From Elusimicrobiota bacterium (GTDB taxonomy: Bacteria > Elusimicrobiota > Elusimicrobia > UBA1565), in contig JBDRPD010000029.1 of the NCBI GenBank assembly GCA_043827405.1, positions 1 through 47,777 on the forward strand: 47,777 bases of DNA. Direction: 5' to 3'. This document shows, piece after piece, positions 1 through 8,861 of this stretch. The first letter of the stretch is position 1, and each line of letters begins with the position of its first letter. The notes below the pieces were generated by a model that made no database searches, was not told where the DNA came from, and saw nothing but the letters and a program-made list of their open reading frames with translations. The position numbers and the translations under genes were made by a program.

Positions 1-1590
1 TGGGTCGAGCCCCGAGGTTTTGACCTGCAGGCTGGTCCAGCGCTTTGCGCGCATGGCTGCGTCCAATTCCAATCGTGAGTCCCGATCCGCCAGCACCAAA
101 CCTTGGACGGACCAGCCCGACGTGCTGAGGCGCGTTGTAAAACGGCGGAGGTTTTTAAAAGGCCGTCCGGACTTGCCCTCGAGAGTGTTCCAATCGATGG
201 ACCATGCGCCCGGAGCCAGTCTTCCCAGCCCCCTCGCCGAGACGGATGTTTCGGCCGCGACCGCATCCAGCTCGATCTTGTGTGCGGCGGTCGATCCGGA
301 TATGGATGCGCGCGCGTCACCGAGCTCAATATCCTGCGCCTTAAGGCGATACAGCGCCGCTTGCAGCCGCGAGGAAAAGGGCCGCGTTGTTCTCCCGTCG
401 GCTGAAAAGCTCACGCTCGAGATAAGCAGCTTGCCCGCGGAGAACTCCCGCAGGCCGCCGGCGGCGGTCCAGCGCAGGTCGGGCCAGGTGCCGCTGACTG
501 TTCCGCTCGCCTGGAATGCCGCCTCCCATCGGCCGGCAAGGGCGCGGATCGTCTCCGGCGGGGCCTGCGCGGTCCAGGTTGAGCGGACCACCCCACGCCT
601 CGCGGTGCCCGCGGCTTCGGCTGTCGCCCCGAAGGTGGAGACCCGCAGGTTCCAGAGCAGGCTATCGCCGCGGCTGCGGACCGCGGTTCGCGCATGACCC
701 CATACGGCGTCCTCAAGCTGGAGCGTTCCCTCGGCCAGGCCCCACGGTCCGCTGCCTCCCCCGCGTCCCGCGACGGAGCCGGAAATCGATGCGAGCCGGA
801 TGGGCAGCGAAAGCATAAGGTCGGCGGTGTCCAGTCGGTCCAGATTCGCGTTGACTGTCCAGGCCGCGGTCTCGCTGCGCTCCCAGACGGCATCCAGGGC
901 GCGGCGGCGTCCGTGGTCGAGCCTCAAGACAGCCTTCTTTTCCTGGACGGAGTTCAGCCAGCGAAGAGAGGCCTGCGCATCTCCGGCCCACCGCATATTG
1001 AGCCGGATATCCGTCGGATCGAGCCGGATGGCGCCCGTGGCCCGCATTTCACGGCCGGCCATTTCCCACTGTGCCGAGTCGATCAGGAACCTGGCGCCCT
1101 CGGTCTGGATATCGGCTTCCAGCGCGGTAATCCTCTCAGGTACGGCGGCTGTCGGCGCGTCCCACGATATCGTTCCGTCTATAATTTTGATCCGGCGAAA
1201 AATCATCTCCGCGGAAGCGGGCTTGCGTTTGCTCGGCGGGGCGGAACCGGAGCCGCCCTTCCTGAACTTCAGGTGCGGCCGTTCAAGCGTCAAAGAGGTG
1301 ACAAGCGTGCGGCGGAGAACGAGCGAAGTCATATCGGCGCGCAGCCGCGCCCGGGCGACGGTCAGCGTGGCGGCCGGCCATTGCAGCTCAAGCCCCTCTA
1401 CGATGAGGCCTTCCTTGGGGTTTCCGGATACCGCCGCGAAGCGGACGGTCACTCCCGCCCGGGCCGTAACCCAGTCGACCGCCTTATCCATGAATGCCTG
1501 CCGCAGCGAGGGGGCGGCGCTCCCCGCCGCGGAACAGGACAGCAGCGCCCCGGCGATGATTCCGGAGAGGGCGCGCTTCGTTCGCTTCAT
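1..1590 (-). CDS. TamB/AsmA-like translocation-assembly protein, 5' part (runs off the left edge)
   Basis: Not in the ORF track because it has no stop in the window. ATG at 1590 gives MKRTKRALSGIIAGALLSCSAAG... (N-terminal anchor), then beta-rich sequence (VRFAAVSGNPKEGLIVEGLELQW...LTLERPHLKF). It starts immediately after the Omp85 stop, the usual tamA-tamB order. Confidence 0.7.
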   Translation of the reverse strand, partial: MKRTKRALSGIIAGALLSCSAAGSAAPSLRQAFMDKAVDWVTARAGVTVRFAAVSGNPKEGLIVEGLELQWPAATLTVARARLRADMTSLVLRRTLVTSLTLERPHLKFRKGGSGSAPPSKRKPASAEMIFRRIKIIDGTISWDAPTAAVPERITALEADIQTEGARFLIDSAQWEMAGREMRATGAIRLDPTDIRLNMRWAGDAQASLRWLNSVQEKKAVLRLDHGRRRALDAVWERSETAAWTVNANLDRLDTADLMLSLPIRLASISGSVAGRGGGSGPWGLAEGTLQLEDAVWGHARTAVRSRGDSLLWNLRVSTFGATAEAAGTARRGVVRSTWTAQAPPETIRALAGRWEAAFQASGTVSGTWPDLRWTAAGGLREFSAGKLLISSVSFSADGRTTRPFSSRLQAALYRLKAQDIELGDARASISGSTAAHKIELDAVAAETSVSARGLGRLAPGAWSIDWNTLEGKSGRPFKNLRRFTTRLSTSGWSVQGLVLADRDSRLELDAAMRAKRWTSLQVKTSGLDP

Positions 1591-1591
1591 C

Positions 1592-3154
1592 CTAAAACGC
1601 CTCTCCGAGACTCAGGTGGATGCGCCAATCGCTGTCGTCGGCGTTCTGGCGGCTGAGCTTGTAGCCCCAGTCGAGCCGCAGCGGGCCGACGGGCGTTCTC
1701 ACGCGCAGACCGGCGCCCGTGCCGTACTTCCAGTGCGCGGGGACGACAAGCCCCTCGCGCGGGTCGACCTGCCCGCCGTCCAGGAACGCCGCGCCCCAAA
1801 ATCTCCAGAAGATGGGAAAGCGCAGCTCGATATTCGCTCCCAGGAGGACGTTGCCTCCCACCGGCGCGCCCAGGTCGTCCACCCGGCCCACGCCGCGCTC
1901 GCGGTAGCCGCGGATGGTGTTCGCGCCGCCGGTGAAGAAGCGCTCGTAGACCGGGACTTCAGAGGCGGGGCCGAACTGCCGGATCGCGCCCGTGCGGGCG
2001 GACGCGGCGAGCGTCAGCTTCTTCCACAGGCCGCGATACCAAGCCCCGTCGAGGCTGGCGCGGTTGAAATGCACGTCTCCGCCCAGCACTCCGCCCGCGC
2101 GTTCAATCCGGCCCTGCACCAGCGTACCGCGGGTCGGGAAGAAGGGATCGTCGGTGGTGTCGCGGTTGGCGAGCAGGGCCACGGAGCTGGTGAGATCCGT
2201 TGTGTTCGCCGGGGCGGTGATGCCCGGATTAAAGTTGAAGAGCACGGACCGCTGCAGCTTGTAGGCGAGTGAGCCGCGGATCCCGTAGGCCAATGTCCGG
2301 CCGAAACTCGTCTGGCCTGCTGATTTTTCGATATCGTAGCCGCGAAGGTCCTCTCGGCGCCATGAAACCTGCAGGCGATTCTCGACCTTGGACCCCAGAA
2401 AGTACCGGTTGACGAACTCGCCGTTGTACTCCAGCCAGATGCGCGAGTAGATCGCGGTCAGGTTCAGCGTGTAGGCTTGGCGCAGGAAGTTCGCATGCCG
2501 GAACTGAACGGAGGCACGCTCGCTTTCCTCGGAGCCCCAGCCCACGCCGGCCTTTACCCACTTCGCGCGCTTCTCTTTGACGCGGACGACCACTTCGGCG
2601 GTTTTGCCCGTCGTTGTCGTGACCCGGACGCCGATATCTTCGAAAAGGCCGAGGCCGTAGAGCCGGCTTTGCGCGGCGAACAGGGCGCTCCTTACATAAG
2701 CTTCGCCCGGGCCGTACGGCAGCTCCCGGCGGGCATCTTTCTCGCGGATTCTTTTAAGTCCAGCAAAGCGCGTTTCGCCGAAGCGGTAAAGAGGGCCTTC
2801 GACCACCTGGAGAGATAGGTCCGCCGCGCCATTTTGCAGCGCGATCCGGCTGGCAACAACCGCCTCGAGAAAACCGTTGTTGTGGAACAGCGACAGAAGG
2901 CTCTCCCGCGCCAGCGCGGCTTTGGCCGCGTCGTATTCATCCCCGGCGCGTATGGGGAGCGCGGCGTCTACCTGCTTCCCGGGCAGGAGGCCGCTGTGCT
3001 CAACTTTGATCGAGTTGAAGGTGGGCGAAGAGACGGAAGCGGCCTGCGCCCATCCGCCGGACACGCACAGGACGAGGAGAGCGGCTGCGGCGGCCGCCAA
3101 GAAACGATGCCATGGGGGTGGGGAAAGTCGTTTTGCGGTTGATTGTCGCATCAA
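1592..3154 (-). CDS. Omp85-family outer-membrane protein (TamA/BamA-like; POTRA domains + beta-barrel)
   Basis: Signal peptide, POTRA-like segments (VVEGPLYRFGETRFAG), L6 motif FFTGGANTIRGY, GAGLRVRTPVGPLRLDWG, C-terminal Phe (LGEAF). Start is 3154 or 3151. Confidence 0.9.
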   Translation of the reverse strand: MMRQSTAKRLSPPPWHRFLAAAAAALLVLCVSGGWAQAASVSSPTFNSIKVEHSGLLPGKQVDAALPIRAGDEYDAAKAALARESLLSLFHNNGFLEAVVASRIALQNGAADLSLQVVEGPLYRFGETRFAGLKRIREKDARRELPYGPGEAYVRSALFAAQSRLYGLGLFEDIGVRVTTTTGKTAEVVVRVKEKRAKWVKAGVGWGSEESERASVQFRHANFLRQAYTLNLTAIYSRIWLEYNGEFVNRYFLGSKVENRLQVSWRREDLRGYDIEKSAGQTSFGRTLAYGIRGSLAYKLQRSVLFNFNPGITAPANTTDLTSSVALLANRDTTDDPFFPTRGTLVQGRIERAGGVLGGDVHFNRASLDGAWYRGLWKKLTLAASARTGAIRQFGPASEVPVYERFFTGGANTIRGYRERGVGRVDDLGAPVGGNVLLGANIELRFPIFWRFWGAAFLDGGQVDPREGLVVPAHWKYGTGAGLRVRTPVGPLRLDWGYKLSRQNADDSDWRIHLSLGEAF

Positions 3155-3314
3155 TCATCACGGGAAACTTCGGGATTATACTACTTGGCCGGGTCTGGCG
3201 GCGGAGGAGCGGCGTCACCGGTCAGCATGGCGGTATGCGCCAGCAGATTTTTTCCCCATTATAACGTACAGTGTGATATATGGATGTTCTAGGTAAGCGG
3301 AAGGGAAACCTCTG

Positions 3315-5564
3315 ATGCGGGAAAACGGCGGCAGCCTGGAACAGGGCTATTCGTCATCGGGACACGGGTTCGGGACGGCGCCGGTATTCCTGGCGGCCAT
3401 CTGCACCATCCTGGGCGCCATCATGTTCCTGCGCTTCGGCTACGCCGTCGCGCACGTGGGCCTGCTCGGCGGTTTGATGATCATTGTCATCGGGCATCTC
3501 ATCACCATCCCGACGGCCCTGGCGGTCTCCGAGATCGCCACCAACCAAAAGGTGGAAGGCGGCGGCGAGTACTACATCATCAGCCGCTCGTTCGGAACCG
3601 CCATCGGCGGAACCATCGGGATTTCCCTCTACCTCTCGCAGGCCGTTTCCGTCGCCTTCTACCTCCTCGCCTTCGCGGAGGCCTTCCACCCGGTCTTTCG
3701 CTGGTTCAACGGGCTCGAGCTCCTGCCCTTCGCCGTCACCGATCCCCGGATAGTCAGCGTTCCGGCCATGGCGGTCCTGATCTTCGTCATGCTCAAGCGC
3801 GGCGCGGACGTGGGCGTGCGCCTGCTGTGGGTTGTCGCCGGAATCCTGGCGCTGTCTTTGGTAGCGTTCTTCCTGGGCGGAGGGACGGGCAACGCGACCG
3901 GGAACCTCATGGACACCGTCGCCGCTCCGCACAGCTTCAACAAGGTCTTCGCGATCTGCTTTCCGGCCTTCACCGGCATGACGGCCGGGGTCGGCTTGTC
4001 CGGAGACCTGCGCAACCCGCGCCGCTCCATCCCGGTGGGCACGCTGGCGGCGACGCTGGTCGGTATGCTCGCCTACGTGGCGATCGTGATCAAGCTGTGG
4101 CTCTCGGCCTCTCCCCAGGAGCTCGCCGCCGATCCGCTGATCATGGGGAAGATCGCCGTTTGGGAGCCCATCATCCTCATGGGGCTGGCCGCCGCCACGC
4201 TTTCATCGGCGCTGGGCTCGATTCTGGTCGCTCCGCGGACGCTCCAGGCCCTCGGCAACGACCAGATCCTGCCTTCCAGCAGGATCAACGCGCTCCTGGC
4301 GGCGGGCCGCGGCAATGTCAACGAACCCTTCAACGCCACCGTCGTATCCGGCGCGCTGGCCGCGACTATGGTCATTCTCGGCGACATCGACATGGTCGCC
4401 CAGATCATCAGCATGTTCTTCATGGTCACCTACGGCGCTCTCTGCGGCATATCCTTCCTGGAGCACTTCGCCGCCAACCCCTCTTACCGTCCGACCTTCC
4501 GCACCCGCTGGTACCTGTCCTTGGCCGGGCTCATCATGTGCGTGCTGATGATGTTCCAGATGAGCCCGCTCTACGCCATCCTGGCGATCGCGGTCATGCA
4601 CGCGATCTACTTCTGGCTGCGCGTCACCCACGCCAAGGAGCGCGACCTGACCGCGATCATCCAGGGCGTCATGTTCCAACTGACGCGCCACCTGCACGTA
4701 AGCGTGCAGAAGCAGTACGCCTCCACCCATGCCAAGGACTGGCGCCCCTCGGTCATCATGATCTCGGATGAAACCTTCGACCGCAACGAGGCGTTCGACC
4801 TCCTGCGCTGGCTCTCCCACCGCTACGGCTTCAGCACTCTGGTCCACTACATCCCCGGCAAGCTGTCGGAGGAGACGACCCACGAGTCCAGAAGGACGAT
4901 GGCCAAGCTCATCAAGATGACCGAAGGGAGCCGCGCCTCGGTGTTCGTGGATACCGTGGTCTCCCCGAACTTCGAGACCGCCCTGGCCCAGATGACGCAG
5001 ATGGTGGGAATCTCGGGGCTGGAGAACAATAGCGTCCTATTCGAGTTCGCCGCCGGGAACGCGGAAAAGATCGAGCGCATTGTCGGGGGCTGCCGCCTGG
5101 TCGCGGGCCTGGAGATGAACCTGCTGGTGCTGCGCTCCTCCGGGCACCGCTTCGGCTTCCGCAACCGCCTGCACGTATGGCTCACCGAGGAGGACGAGGT
5201 CAACGCCAACCTGCTGATCCTCCTCGCCTTCATCATCTCGGGACACCCGAGCTGGGACGACGCGGAGATCACCGTTTTCGCGAGCTTCCAGGCCGCCGAG
5301 CTCGAGAAGCAGCGCGAGCGCCTGGTCGAGAAGATCACCTCGGGCCGCCTCCCCATCTCCAAGAACCGGCTCCGCTTCTACCCCTTCACAGACGAGGAGC
5401 GGCTCGACGACCAGATCATCCGCTACTCCGGCCAGGCGGATCTCGTCCTGCGGGGGTTCTGCAAGGACGACCTGCAGGAGAACAAAGAGCAGATATTCAC
5501 CTCTTTGCCCGGGGTCCGGGACATCCTCTTTGTGCATTGCGCCCGCGGCATCGAGATCGTCTAA
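3315..5564 (+). CDS. SLC12/cation-chloride cotransporter-like APC-superfamily permease
   Basis: ILGAIMFLRFGYAV, SEIATNQKVEGGGEYYIISRSFG, FPAFTGMTAG, PSYRPTFR, WRP plus a soluble C-terminal domain. These are typical CCC motifs. Confidence 0.88.
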   Translation: MRENGGSLEQGYSSSGHGFGTAPVFLAAICTILGAIMFLRFGYAVAHVGLLGGLMIIVIGHLITIPTALAVSEIATNQKVEGGGEYYIISRSFGTAIGGTIGISLYLSQAVSVAFYLLAFAEAFHPVFRWFNGLELLPFAVTDPRIVSVPAMAVLIFVMLKRGADVGVRLLWVVAGILALSLVAFFLGGGTGNATGNLMDTVAAPHSFNKVFAICFPAFTGMTAGVGLSGDLRNPRRSIPVGTLAATLVGMLAYVAIVIKLWLSASPQELAADPLIMGKIAVWEPIILMGLAAATLSSALGSILVAPRTLQALGNDQILPSSRINALLAAGRGNVNEPFNATVVSGALAATMVILGDIDMVAQIISMFFMVTYGALCGISFLEHFAANPSYRPTFRTRWYLSLAGLIMCVLMMFQMSPLYAILAIAVMHAIYFWLRVTHAKERDLTAIIQGVMFQLTRHLHVSVQKQYASTHAKDWRPSVIMISDETFDRNEAFDLLRWLSHRYGFSTLVHYIPGKLSEETTHESRRTMAKLIKMTEGSRASVFVDTVVSPNFETALAQMTQMVGISGLENNSVLFEFAAGNAEKIERIVGGCRLVAGLEMNLLVLRSSGHRFGFRNRLHVWLTEEDEVNANLLILLAFIISGHPSWDDAEITVFASFQAAELEKQRERLVEKITSGRLPISKNRLRFYPFTDEERLDDQIIRYSGQADLVLRGFCKDDLQENKEQIFTSLPGVRDILFVHCARGIEIV

Positions 5565-5582
5565 GATTCAAAGCGCGCCGCG

Positions 5583-6650
5583 CTAGAGCCAGCCTTTCCG
5601 CTTGAAGTAGGCCGCCAGCCCCCCGCCGACCAGGAGCACCGCGGCCCAGAACATCGGGTATCCCCAGCGGAGCTTGAGCTCGGGCATGAACTCGAAGTTC
5701 ATTCCGTAGATGCCGGCCAGGAAGGTAAGCGGGATGAAGATGGCGGCGAATACGGTCAAGGTCTTCATGATCTCGTTCATGCGGCTGCTGATGCCGGAAA
5801 GATAGAGCTCGGTCAGCCCCGAGAGCATCTCCCGGTAGGAATCGACCGCTTCCACGATCTGGATGGTGTGATCGTACAGGTCCTTGATGTAGGGATGGGT
5901 CTCGTCCGCGACCATCTCATGCTCGCCCTTCTGCAGCCGGCCGATCGCCTCCCTAAGGGGCCAGACCGCCTTGCGCAGGTGGAGGATCTCCCGCCTCAGC
6001 CGCATGATCTCCAGCAAGGTCTGCTGCGATGAAGCGGCGAGAGCTTCTTCCTCCAGCCCCTCGATCCGCTCGCCCAAAGCAGCCGCGATGGAAAAGTAGC
6101 TGTCGACCACGGCGTCGATGAGCGCGTACGCCAGATAGTCCGCGCCGGCCTTGCGGATGCGGCCCTTGGCCTTGCGCAGCCGCTCCCGGACGCCGCCGAA
6201 CACGTCGCCCGGGCGTTCCTGGAACGAGATTAGAAAGTTCTTGGAAAAGACCACGCCGACGTTCTCGGAGGACACGAGAAGGGTCTTCTCGTCGAGCGTG
6301 AGGCTCTTGAGCACGACGAACAGATGCTCCTCGAACTCCTCCAGCTTGGGCCTTTGCCCCGCGCTGAGGACGTCCTCGAGCAGCAGGGGGTGCAGGCCGA
6401 ACGCCTCGCCGATTTTGCCGATCAGCCCGGCATCGTGGACGCCGTCCACGTCGATCCAGGCGACGCCGCCTTTGCCGGCGCGGTCCTTGAGCTCGGCGAC
6501 GTCCTTCACATCGCGCTCCTCGATGCGCTCGGCGTCGTAATCGATCAGCCTGACCGTGATGGCGTGCGAATCATGCGCGCCGGTATAGATCAGGGCTCCC
6601 GGCGGCAGCGACCGGGATTTCCGGGGAATCCGTTTGATTATCCTCGCCAT
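5583..6650 (-). CDS. corA: Magnesium/cobalt transporter CorA
   Basis: LHPLLLED..QRPKLEE, YGMNFEFMPEL signature, two C-terminal TM helices, SD AGAGGA. Confidence 0.95.
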   Translation of the reverse strand: MARIIKRIPRKSRSLPPGALIYTGAHDSHAITVRLIDYDAERIEERDVKDVAELKDRAGKGGVAWIDVDGVHDAGLIGKIGEAFGLHPLLLEDVLSAGQRPKLEEFEEHLFVVLKSLTLDEKTLLVSSENVGVVFSKNFLISFQERPGDVFGGVRERLRKAKGRIRKAGADYLAYALIDAVVDSYFSIAAALGERIEGLEEEALAASSQQTLLEIMRLRREILHLRKAVWPLREAIGRLQKGEHEMVADETHPYIKDLYDHTIQIVEAVDSYREMLSGLTELYLSGISSRMNEIMKTLTVFAAIFIPLTFLAGIYGMNFEFMPELKLRWGYPMFWAAVLLVGGGLAAYFKRKGWL

Positions 6651-6851
6651 AAAGTCCTCTTACTTTTCGTGGATCCCGGCCGGCCCCGGGGCGGATTTGA
6701 CGTGCAGATCGCGTTGGGAGAGGGGTATCTGGATTTTCATCATCCGGATTGATTGTAGCTTAACCAGGGGCGTCAAATGGGAGGCTCCCTCGCGAGGAAT
6801 CGGGAACTTCCCGTCCGGCGGCGCGTAGTGTAGGCATAGGAGGTTACGCGA

Positions 6852-7271
6852 ATGCCCAAGCATGGACTTGCCGGCGTGAAGAACGAGGCCGACGCCTTGA
6901 TGGTCTTGGCGATCTGCGCGATGACTATGGACGGAAAGCTCGCTCCCAGGAAGATGTTCTGCCTGCGGATGCTGGCCTATCAGAGCCCGCTCTACGACAA
7001 TGCGGACAGCGTGGACGACTATGTTCTCGCGCTCTATAAAGTCGTTTCCAAGAACGGCCTGGAGGCCGTGGTGGATCGCGCCGTCGCGCTGCTGCCGGCC
7101 AGGATGCGCGAGACGGCATACGCCTGGGCGGCGGATGTCGTTCACGCGGACGGCAAGGTCATGCCGAGCGAGCATTCATTTCTGGGGCTGCTGCGCGCCA
7201 GGCTTGGAATTCATGGCAAGCTGGCGGGCAAGCTCGCCGCCGCGTCGGCCATCCGCCATCGCTCGCGCTGA
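6852..7271 (+). CDS. TerB-family (tellurite-resistance-like) protein
   Basis: Two helix-DG repeats (MTMDGKL...; ADVVHADGKVMPSEHSFL..L), SD GGAGG. Confidence 0.75.
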   Translation: MPKHGLAGVKNEADALMVLAICAMTMDGKLAPRKMFCLRMLAYQSPLYDNADSVDDYVLALYKVVSKNGLEAVVDRAVALLPARMRETAYAWAADVVHADGKVMPSEHSFLGLLRARLGIHGKLAGKLAAASAIRHRSR

Positions 7272-7298
7272 CGTCGACGCGCTCGGCCGGCGACGGAA

Positions 7299-7351
7299 GA
7301 GTGGCGCACCGGAGGTAAATGCGGTATCCTGCGGCAGGTCTTTTGTCCGCA
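7299..7351 (+). repeat. Direct repeat A, copy 1 (promoter/5'UTR-like; copy 2 at 17646-17698)
   Basis: Core 7317-7351 AAATGCGGTATCCTGCGGCAGGTCTTTTGTCCGCA is 34/35 identical to 17664-17698. Weaker ungapped identity extends 18 nt upstream. Confidence 0.9.
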
Positions 7352-7364
7352 ATTGATCCCAACC

Positions 7365-8861
7365 ATGCAAGGCGACCCGGCGCGACCAGAGCAGCAGCGA
7401 GGGCTGCGAAATTTCCTCCTAGAGAGCGTCACCGGGCAGGTCCTGGTCTCCCTGACCAGCGGGACCTTCGTGACCGCCTTCGCCGTCAAGCTCGGCGCTT
7501 CCAACGCGCAGATCGGGATACTGGCCGCCATCGCCGCCCTGTCCCAGCTGCTGCAGGTTCCGGCGGTCTATCTGATCAATCGTTTGCAGGACCGCAAGCC
7601 CATCGCCGCGGTAGGCTTCGCCCTCTCCAAGCTCTCCTGGTTATTGATCGTTGTGCCCGTATTATTCGGCGCCAGATCAGTTCCCATGGGGCTCTTGACC
7701 GCCACCGTGGCCTGCAGTTCCGCCTTCGCCGCGGTGGCGTTGTGCACCCGGAACTCCTGGCTGCGCGACGTGATCGGGCAGGACCAGATGGGCGCGTTCT
7801 TCGCCAAGCGGCTGGCCTACAGCAAGGCGGTGGGAATATTCACCGGGCTGGCGGCCGGCATCTTCGTGACCGTGTGGGCGAAGTACTCCCGGGAGACGCT
7901 GCTCTCCAGCTACGCCATTCTCTTCTCGGCCGGCATTCTCTGCGGTCTGATGAGCGTGTATTTCGTCTGGACCTCCCCGGAGCCGCCGAGAATCCCCATC
8001 GACGTCAAATTCCTTTCCTCGCTTTTGGAGCCGTTTCGCGACCGGAATTACCGGATGCTCATCATCTTCCTCGCGATGTGGAGCTTTTCGGTCAACCTCG
8101 CCGCCCCGTTCTTCACCGTATACATGCTCCAGCGGCTGCACTTCACCGTGGCTTTCGTAATGGCCCTCGCCGTCTTGAGCAATGTTATGAATCTGATTTT
8201 TTTCCGGTTTTGGGGCGCTTTCGCCGATCAGTTCTCGAACAAAGGTGTCCTCGCCGTTTGCGCTCCCCTGTGCATTATCTGCACCTTGTCCTGGGCTTTT
8301 ACGACCTTGCCTGAGCCGCACTTTTTGACCTTGCCGATGGTGGTGGCGATCCATGTCGTCGTCGGCGCGGCCAGCGCCGGCGTCATATTGGCCTCAAGCA
8401 ATATCGGCATGAAATTGTCCCCGCGGGCGAAGTCGGCGTCGTTTCTGGCCGCGAGCTCCATCGTGAGTTCCCTCGCCGCCGGAGTTGCCCCCATAATCGG
8501 CGGGCTGTCGGCGGACTACTTCGCCAGCCGGGAGCTGTCTTTGCTGCTGACCTGGAAAAGCCCCGAGCTGGACTTCGGCCTGCGGGCTATCAGCTTCCGG
8601 CATTGGGACTTCTTCTTCGCCATCGCCTTCGTGCTGGGTCTCTATTCATTGCGCCGCTTGTCCTTGGTTCAGGAAGAGGGTGAAGTCCAGCGCAAGGTCG
8701 CCCTCCGGGAATTCCTCCAGCGCCTGCGCGCCAACATGCTGGCGCTGACCACGGTTCGCGGCGTGCGGCAGTTCATCTTGCTGCCGGTCGAGTCCCTCCG
8801 GGATTTCACGGACGATGACGACATCCTGCCGCATGCGCGGCGGGAAGGAGCCGCCAAGTGA
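7365..8861 (+). CDS. MFS transporter
   Basis: About 12 hydrophobic segments; LGASNAQIGIL, PFRDRNYR, WGAFADQFSNK motifs. ATG 7365 preferred over TTG 7353. Confidence 0.88.
   Translation: MQGDPARPEQQRGLRNFLLESVTGQVLVSLTSGTFVTAFAVKLGASNAQIGILAAIAALSQLLQVPAVYLINRLQDRKPIAAVGFALSKLSWLLIVVPVLFGARSVPMGLLTATVACSSAFAAVALCTRNSWLRDVIGQDQMGAFFAKRLAYSKAVGIFTGLAAGIFVTVWAKYSRETLLSSYAILFSAGILCGLMSVYFVWTSPEPPRIPIDVKFLSSLLEPFRDRNYRMLIIFLAMWSFSVNLAAPFFTVYMLQRLHFTVAFVMALAVLSNVMNLIFFRFWGAFADQFSNKGVLAVCAPLCIICTLSWAFTTLPEPHFLTLPMVVAIHVVVGAASAGVILASSNIGMKLSPRAKSASFLAASSIVSSLAAGVAPIIGGLSADYFASRELSLLLTWKSPELDFGLRAISFRHWDFFFAIAFVLGLYSLRRLSLVQEEGEVQRKVALREFLQRLRANMLALTTVRGVRQFILLPVESLRDFTDDDDILPHARREGAAK

Noticed and set aside
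20..2272. Long + strand ORFs 20-697, 694-1656 and 800-2272
   Set aside because: Antisense shadows of the tamB/tamA-like genes in GC-rich DNA; no motifs.
6651..6851. M-box (ykoK) riboswitch upstream of corA (also checked upstream of mgtE)
   Set aside because: I recognised no M-box consensus, and the mgtE leader is too short to hold one. An Infernal search would settle it.
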